From Octopus sinensis (taxonomy: Eukaryota), in NCBI RefSeq assembly GCF_006345805.1, contig NC_043001.1, positions 11,532,001-11,596,000 on the forward strand: DNA of 64,000 nucleotides, read 5' to 3'. Shown here piece after piece: positions 54,747 through 64,000 of this stretch (its first letter is position 1; each line of letters starts with the position of its first letter). The position numbers were made by a program, and so were the translations under genes. Below the pieces are notes generated by a model. That model worked only from the letters and a program-made list of their open reading frames with translations, was not told the DNA's origin and did no database searches.

Positions 54747-55056
54747 TATAGTGAGAAAACTTTTCTTATTCTTTTCTTGAGAAATTTTGATTTTGTGGGA
54801 CAGACATATCTATTAACAGAAAAGTTCATCTGTTGTAGTCTGGTCGATTTGAGTCAATGTTTCTGTCTGTTCGTATAGGGAAGTTCCAAAGGATTGTGAG
54901 GCCCTCGGCATTTAGTACATCCTCTGGATGGTGCCTGCGCCATTAACCATGGTATTTAATTTTGTAGTATTTACAAGCATTCCAGTGGATGTCCTGCCCT
55001 AGTCTGGCATTTCTAAAAGTGAAATTTCTAAAAAACCCTCTACCCTATATTTTACG

Positions 55057-55154
<98 letters not shown>

Positions 55155-55246
55155 CAGGGGAAAGTTTACGAAAATAAACAAAAGACGAAGGCGGGTGGAG
55201 TACAAACAAACAAATGTATTAGTATAGCGCTCAGGAATAGAAAAAG

Positions 55247-55284
55247 TCTTTTACGTTTCGAGCCTACGCTCTTCGACAGAAAGA
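55247..55284 (-). ncRNA. Hammerhead motif family H2
   Basis: Minus strand: tcttt CTGTCGA a GAGC gtag GCTC GAA ACGT A aaaga. Flanks homologous to about 19390-19560. Confidence 0.72.
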
Positions 55285-55350
55285 TCCACAGAAAAAAACA
55301 AGGAGAGAAAAAAATGCATGTAGGAGCTAATGATCTATCATGGCGTCCTG

Positions 55351-55385
<35 letters not shown>

Positions 55386-55947
55386 TGTATGTATGTATGT
55401 ATGTATGTATGTATGTATGTATGTATAGGTGTAGGAGTGGGTGTGTGGAAAGAAGCTTGCTTACGAACCATATGGTTCCGGGTTCGGTCCGACTGCGTGA
55501 CAACTTCGGCTTCGGCAAGTGTCTTCTACTATAGCCTCGAGCCAACCAAAGCCTTGTGTGTTGATTTGGTAGACGGAAACTGAAAGAAGCCTCAGTATAT
55601 ATATATATCTGTATGTGTGTATATGTTTGTGTGTTTGTGTTTGTCCGCCCAACATCGCTTAACAACCGATTGTGGTATAGTTACGTCCCCGTATCGTAGC
55701 GGGTTGGCAAAAAGACACCGATAGAATGAGTACTAGGCTTACGAAAAATAAGTTCTGGGGGTCGATTTGCTCGACTAAAAGGCGGTGTTCCAGCATGGTC
55801 ACAGTCAAATGACTGAAACAAGTAAAAAAGTAAACGAGATATGCGTGTGTCTGTTCCCACCTTCCATTTCACAACCGGTGTAGCTTTGTTTATATCTTTG
55901 AAGAATTAACTACTGGAACAATGTCTGTGATATAATGACTATAATGA

Positions 55948-56333
55948 GTGGAGGCGCAATGGCCCAGTGGTTAGGGCAGCGGACTCGCGGTCATAGGATC
56001 GCGGTTTCGATTCCCAGACCGGGCGTTGTGAGTGTTTATTGAGCGAAAACACCTAAAAGCTCCACGACGCTCCGGCAGCGGATGGTGGTGATCCCTGCTG
56101 TACTCTTTCACCACAACTTTCTCTCACTCTTACTTCCTGTTTCTGTTGTACCTGTATTTCAAGGGGCCGGTCTTGTCACTCTCTGTGTCACGCTGAATAT
56201 TCCCGAGAACTACGTTAAGGGTGCACGTGTCTGTGGAGTGCTCAGCCACTTACACGTTAATTTCACGAGCAGGCTGTTCCGTTGATTCGGATCAACCGGA
56301 ACCCTCATCGTCGTAACCGACGGAGTGCTTCCA
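55948..56333 (+). mobile_element. SINE family A, full length
   Basis: GTGGAGGCGCAATGGCCCAGTGG...GTAACCGACGGAGTGCTTCCA. Partial or divergent copies at about 1358-1540(-), 10671-10858(-), 27205-27377(-), 42068-42372(+) and 61008-61117(+). Confidence 0.88.
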
Positions 56334-56584
56334 AGGTAATTAATCTTTGTATTTTAATTTACTTTATGGTAATGTAATTAGTTAAACGGTGTCTGGTACC
56401 TCTCATTTTATACTACAGGAAATTAAAACTCAAAACGGTAAGACGACCAGCTGCTTCATTGATTCATATGATTTTAATTAGGCTGACTACACTTATTTCA
56501 ACCAAATTCTAATTATGTCTGATAACGTCTGGTACCATGGGAATGTGACTCTATGACCTATTGACTGTTGGTGTTAATTTATTA

Positions 56585-57080
56585 CTTTCGAAACATAAGC
56601 CGCCGAGCGGGCAGGAATGTTAGGACGTCGGGCGAAATGCGTAGCCGTATTCGTCCGCCGTTACGTTCTCAGTTCAAATTCTGCCGAAGTTGACTTTGCT
56701 TTTCATAATTTCGGAGTCGATAAATTAAGTACCAGTTACGCACTGGGGTCGATATAATCGTCTAATCCGTTTGTCTGTCCTTGTTTGTCCCCTCTGTGTT
56801 TAGCCACCTGTGGGTTGTAAAGAAGTAGGTATTTCGTCCGCCGTTACGTTCTGGTTTCAAATTCCGCCGAGGTCGACTTTGCCTTTCATCATTTCGGAGT
56901 CGATTGAATAAGTACCACTTACTCACTGGAATCGATATAATCGATTTAATCCGTTTGTCTGTCCTTGTTTGTCCCCTCTGTGTTTAGACCCTTGTGGGTA
57001 GTAAAAAATAGGTATTCTTGAACGCAGAACGTAAGGGCTGACGAAATACGGCTTCGTATTTCGCCCGGCGTGCTAACGTT
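56585..57080 (+). repeat. SINE B tandem multimer
   Basis: One head followed by a body unit rejoining at GGTATTTCGTC. Similar arrangement at 42735-43090. Confidence 0.8.
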
Positions 57081-57176
57081 TACTTGCCCCCTCCCTTCAA
57101 AACTGATGGTCTTGTAACAAAATCTGAAATAAATATATATATACATATATCTTTACACACACACACACACACACGC

Positions 57177-57211
<35 letters not shown>

Positions 57212-58525
57212 ATATATATATATATGTATGTATGTATATATAAATCATTGCTGTCGGACCCGGTCCGTTGCACCCTCTCCTCGTGCTATTTCTGCTACTC
57301 ATAACCTCAAATTCCAGCTATATACTTCACTTCAGGCTATAGCATATTTAATACCCTACTTTCTTTAGCTTCATAGTATCTAGTGGCAGAAAATCATTTT
57401 TACGCCCCAACTACTTTGAGCACATCAAATCTGGAAAGACAGCCAAGTTATATAATTATGTAACGCATATTCTTGTCAAATATTTCCCCTAACCGAAAAT
57501 CAGGAATCATTTTGGTAATAGAAGAAAAGGTCAAATCTATATGTTTAAAGGTTTAGAATTTGGCTTAAAACAATATATGCATTTGACTCGCAGCCAGTAA
57601 CACATTTCTGAATCAATTTATGTCGTATCGTGACCAGATATTTTGAAATTTCTGTCCGAAATCGAAGCATTGTAATACGACCAATGAAAACTACTCGTTT
57701 TCATGTAAACTAATATACTTTTCTACTTAATAAGGAGCACGCTAGAAATAGCTGTTCATGTCAACTTCGAAACGTACCCTATCAGCTTAAAGACTTAACC
57801 AGTTGTGTATTTCCGGATATGCTATGTTCGACCATTACACAGTGTGGTCACGGTTGGCAGGCTTTTAACCGTAGATCTGTTTCATCAAGACATAACCAAT
57901 GCGATTCATATTGATTTGTAGGGGGCGTTATTTCAAACACCCAACAGTCACACTGTTTAACATCATTTAAAATGAAAAACATTAATGACACATAACATAC
58001 TCCCAGATATACAATGCCTTATAAAGATATATTATAGGCAGAGTATCATGGACCATAAGTTCTGTTTAACAAGATTTAATTTTAGGGTCGTTAAAAACAT
58101 GGGGATCTTCTATATCAGCGACTCCCAGTATTTCAGCATCGAGACCCATTATTGTATCGTAAATATTCGACACTGTTCCTGGGCAAATGATAAAAATTTT
58201 TATTACAGTAAATGTATTTTAAGCCTTGTGCTTAGATTTTCTTAGAGAACGTTTGAATTTTCTGTTATCAAATATTTGGAAACAAATTTCTAGACGCAGG
58301 CGCTTCATGGCTATGTGGTTAAAATGCTTGCTTTGCAAACACCTAGCTTCGAGAGTTCGGTCCCGCTTCGCAGCACCACAAGTATAATTCTGGGCTACCC
58401 AATGCCTTGTGAATGAATTTGGTTAACAGAAGGTGCTTGATGTTCCGTCGAATATGTGACCGCGTGTGTATCGTTGGCGATTTTTTCCTCCGTCTTCCCT
58501 TCCTTGGACCTTTCCTTTTTCCTAT

Positions 58526-58560
58526 GTTTCTGATGAAGAGCTCCGCTCGAAACGTTAAAC
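58526..58560 (+). ncRNA. Minimal type I hammerhead motif with canonical core
   Basis: gttt CTGATGA a GAGC tcc GCTC GAA ACGT T aaac. All core nucleotides present, palindromic ACGT stem III. Confidence 0.8.
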
Positions 58561-58696
58561 CCTCCTTCTTTCTTTCCTTTCCTGAGCGTCCAATAACACT
58601 ATACTTGTTCCACGTCCTCGCGTTGTTGTGTTTTCTCTTTGTGTTTCCATGTTTGGATTAACTATATATATGTGTGTGTGTGCGTGTGAATATATA

Positions 58697-59972
<1,276 letters not shown>

Positions 59973-60976
59973 AGAATAATATATTTTGTGTGTGTGTGTG
60001 TCTGTGTATGTGTGCTTGTGCGTGTGTATTCGTGCGTGTGTGTGTTTGTGTGTTAGTTTGCATCTTTGCGTTCATGTTTATTCTCCACTCGCCACTTAAC
60101 GATCGTTTGCAAATTAAACCGATAGAATATTTACTTATCTTCTATCAAAATAAGTTCTGCAAGACGGGGCCGTAGCATGGCCACAGTCCTATGAGTGAAA
60201 CAAGTAAAAGATAAGTCAAAAATGGTAACTTTTCGAACAATACTCCGACTCAATTAGATTTGCGATCTACAGGTTTTAGAACGGCTCCCCTACGAATTCA
60301 ATCGATCCATGTTTTTGTCTTAAATGATAAATTACAAGAATGCATTAGAAGAACAAAGACCGGAACGTCTTTGATCAAAGATCCTCTGTTCGATAAAAGC
60401 TGACCAAAATAAAATATTTCTCCATCAACATGATGTCGAATATTCATATCCACAGGCGTACAAATTCTAATCGATTTTATACGTGACTTATTACTATATT
60501 GTTTGCAATCTGCATCAGCTTTACTTCTTCTGACATACTAGTTTCTTATCAACTGACAGCCACCAGGTTCAGCCACTTATTCAGATTGGAATATCCAACA
60601 ATAACATTTATTAATGTTTATACTCAAATGCGATATGCAAGGTTTCACTATTTTGTTATGCAATTTCTGAACATAAGTATTATATCATTTTTTATCTTTT
60701 GCTTGCTTCAGTCGTTGAGCTGCCGCCATGATGGGGCACCGACTAGAAGTGTTTAGTCGACTGCAGTTGTCTGGTACTTACTCTATCGGTTACCTACGCG
60801 GGCATAAACAAACCAACGCTGGTTGACAAGCATTGGTAGATGTGAAAGGCAAACACAAAGAGACCGTTGAATGCATCATATGTATATATATATATATATA
60901 TGTGTGTGTGTGGTGTGTGTGTGTGTGTGTGTGTATGTATGTGTGTGTATGCGTATCTATGTATCTCTCTCTCTCT

Positions 60977-61008
<32 letters not shown>

Positions 61009-61237
61009 GTGGAGGCGCAGTGGCCCTGTGGTTAGGGCAGCGGACTCGCAGTTTCGATTTCCAGACCGGGCGTTGTGAGTGTTTATTGAGCGAAAACACC
61101 TAAAGCTTCACGAGGCTCTTTCTTCTGTTGGCCTGATCGCTGAGACAGTGGGGTGGCATCATTGAAGGCTAAAACAATGCGAAGCGCATTGTGACCAGCG
61201 AAGTGTAGCAACATCTGATGGCCTGCTCGATCACGTG

Positions 61238-61298
<61 letters not shown>

Positions 61299-61875
61299 AT
61301 ATATATATAACGAAGTAAAGGCGTAAAGCAGCGTTTACGTATAATCACAATTTAGAATTTAGTTAATTATATTTGTCACATATTTCAAATGCTTAAGGCA
61401 AATACACAATAGTTAGCGTAGAGAAAAAAATCTCTGATGATAAAATGGTGTGAAAATACCCAGTTCGTTCAGTGTCACCATCTCTCGGGTATCTCATATA
61501 GCTTTATATATAATGCAGCCGTTATGTTTCTCGATCGGGCGATCTACCAGCGCAAATCAATCAGCATGTTGCCTGAATTATATATAAAGATAGAAGCGTC
61601 ATTTAGTTCGTTCAGAGTTGCCTCTCTTAGGTACATCTCATCGACAAGAGTCACTGAACTCGAAACATCGGTGTCTGAGATTCCCGAGAGATTGCGACCC
61701 TGGACGAAGTGGGGGGGGGGGGTTCCATACCTTTTTACCATACGAGAGATTTTTTTCTCTATGGTAACCGCAGTGTATTTGCCTTTAGCAGTTGAAATAT
61801 ATGACAAACATATCTCAACTAACCTGTATAATGAATGCATATATACATACATACATACATACATACATACATACA

Positions 61876-61910
<35 letters not shown>

Positions 61911-63254
61911 TATATACATACAATGGGCTTCCACACAGTTTCCACACCGACAAAACTAGAAAACACGTGGTTGAATAACTATCTTCTTAATCGCATAGCC
62001 ATACATCATATATATTCATGCTTACCATAGCAAATTTCATTCGCAGCTAACGTTTGAAAGTCTATAATATATTTTTGATCAGTTCGTATATACTTGCTTA
62101 TAATTAACTAATTAATTACAATTAAATTATTAGGGCAGAAAACAATTGAAGATTTAGTTCAAATCCTGATATTGACAACTTTGCCTTTCATTAATCTAAA
62201 TTCACTGAAATACGAATCAGTCAAATATTGATCGGCCGTAATCATCACCACAAATTCCTTTCTCGATTTGCATGTTATAAGTATTTATAATCTTTACTAT
62301 GAAGGAAATCATCAATGTATTATCATCATTTGTACTCACGCAACACTGTAAAATGGAAGCCGTAACAAATCAATAAATGTCCATAATATTTCTATTTACG
62401 CTCACAAAGGGCCGTAAAAGTATCGTATTTCATTGCAATAAGAGCAGGCATATTACGAGTGTTATGGCGACCATTTTCTTTCATGGGATTCTGGAACAAT
62501 TCACCTGCGTGACATCCTGGTCGAGTTTACTCTGCTATAGCCTCGAGTTGACCAGTAAAATATATGTGGAATTTATTAGGCGGAAACAGAGAGGCTCCTC
62601 CTTAATAACATCGTACCAGTGACTGGTTATTAATAAACTCACGAATTTAGAGACAAAAATCTCTCATCTTGTATTACCTCCCTTATTTATGCATTTAATG
62701 ATTTATTTTCTTGTATTTTTTGCTCTGTTTTGTCTTCCATATTTCTCAACGAAATAATTTGGATTTCTAAGGAATGTTTGGTTTGCTCTAAGATATTCAA
62801 ATGAAGTGAACGAATACAAGAAACACACATATACTCTAACAAGCAGTTTGTAAGCTAGAACATCGCATGGATAATCAAAATAAATATTCTTTCCTACTCT
62901 AGGCACAAGGCCCGAAATTATTGAGGAGAGGGCCAGTCGATTAGATCGACCGCCTTACGCAACTGGTACTTAATTTATTGACCCCGAAAGGATGAAAGGT
63001 AAAGTCAACCTCGCGGAATTTGCAGTCAGAACGTAAAGACAGACGAAATATCGCTTAGCATTTTGTCCGGCGTGCTAACGTTTCCACCAGCTCGCCGCCT
63101 AACGTAACGTATATATACGCGCAAACATGAGCGTATGATCTTGACAATATAAGTTTATACACGAAATGGCAATTTTATATATATAAACCTGTTGCGTCTA
63201 TATATTTGCGGCAGTAGTATAATTGTACCGGTGCACACATTCCATAATAATAAC

Positions 63255-63298
<44 letters not shown>

Positions 63299-63394
63299 TA
63301 ATAATAATAATAATAATATGGTAGTAATCCTCTGATAATATATCGATAAAGCAAATGTAAAAATATTTAATAAAACAAATTGCCCATCTCATTC

Positions 63395-63650
63395 TCTTTT
63401 GCCGAACCGCTAAGTAACGGGAACATAAACACACCAGCATCGGTTGTCAAGCAATGCTAGGGGGACAAACAAAGACACAAACACACACACATATATATAT
63501 ATATATACATATATACGACGGGCTTCTTTCAGTTTCCGTCTACTGGGCTTACAAAAGAATAAGTCCCGGGGTCGGTCGATTTGCTCGACTAAAGGCGGTG
63601 CTCCAGCATGGCCGCAGTCAAATGACTGAAACAAGTAAAAGAGTAAAGAG
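63395..63650. mobile_element. SINE family C with inverted 5' portion
   Basis: 63395-63543 is minus-strand middle sequence. 63541-63650 is plus-strand tail. TAC is shared at the junction. Confidence 0.85.
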
Positions 63651-64000
63651 ATATATATATATATATAGGTATAGATATATATGTATACATACGCACACAC
63701 GCATATGTGTGTGTGTTTTGTTCGGTTATAATATAAAAACGACTTGCCATTTCTATTTAATGTTACTTGATACTTATCTAAAGTTTTTTTTTTTTAACAT
63801 GAATAATATTGAGAGTAACTTTGAAGTTCCGGCCTGCTAAGTCAATAGCGTTACTATGACGCGTTATGTTAAACTTGGCTTTCTGGTGAGATAAATTTTT
63901 CGAGGAATTCGTTGGGTTCAGTTGAATGGTAATTATGTTATCTGGTGGGTTGTGATGGAAAGATTTTGTGGACAAATATTAAATGAATATGTTGATATTG

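Noticed and set aside
55948-56030. tRNA genes at SINE heads
   Set aside because: A and B boxes are present, but there is no complete cloverleaf and they continue into SINE bodies with TSDs.

Overview
AT-rich, microsatellite-dense non-coding animal DNA. The SINE families and repeat landscape look like octopus (inference from pattern recognition). No host-gene exon was recognised, and nearly all ORF-track entries are microsatellite or SINE artefacts. Main contents: (1) a lightly decayed Penelope-like retroelement (RT plus C-terminal GIY-YIG, 4673-~7400) with a twin-priming-type 5' inversion and a hammerhead motif in its 3' UTR; (2) decayed fragments of RLE-type LINEs (two R4/Dong-like, one HERO-like), an RTE-like LINE and several Tc1/mariner elements; (3) MITEs; (4) dozens of tRNA-derived SINEs in at least four families, some with clear TSDs, tandem arrays, chimeras or inversions. 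The most notable signal is a set of about seven sequence-distinct hammerhead-ribozyme-bearing short elements found by manual folding. They include a family with the C3-G8 core pair swapped to G3-C8, a three-copy family with U at core position 6, a type III motif and fold-back/tandem arrangements. All folds are by eye and none is tested for activity. A 100-N assembly gap lies at 25913-26012.
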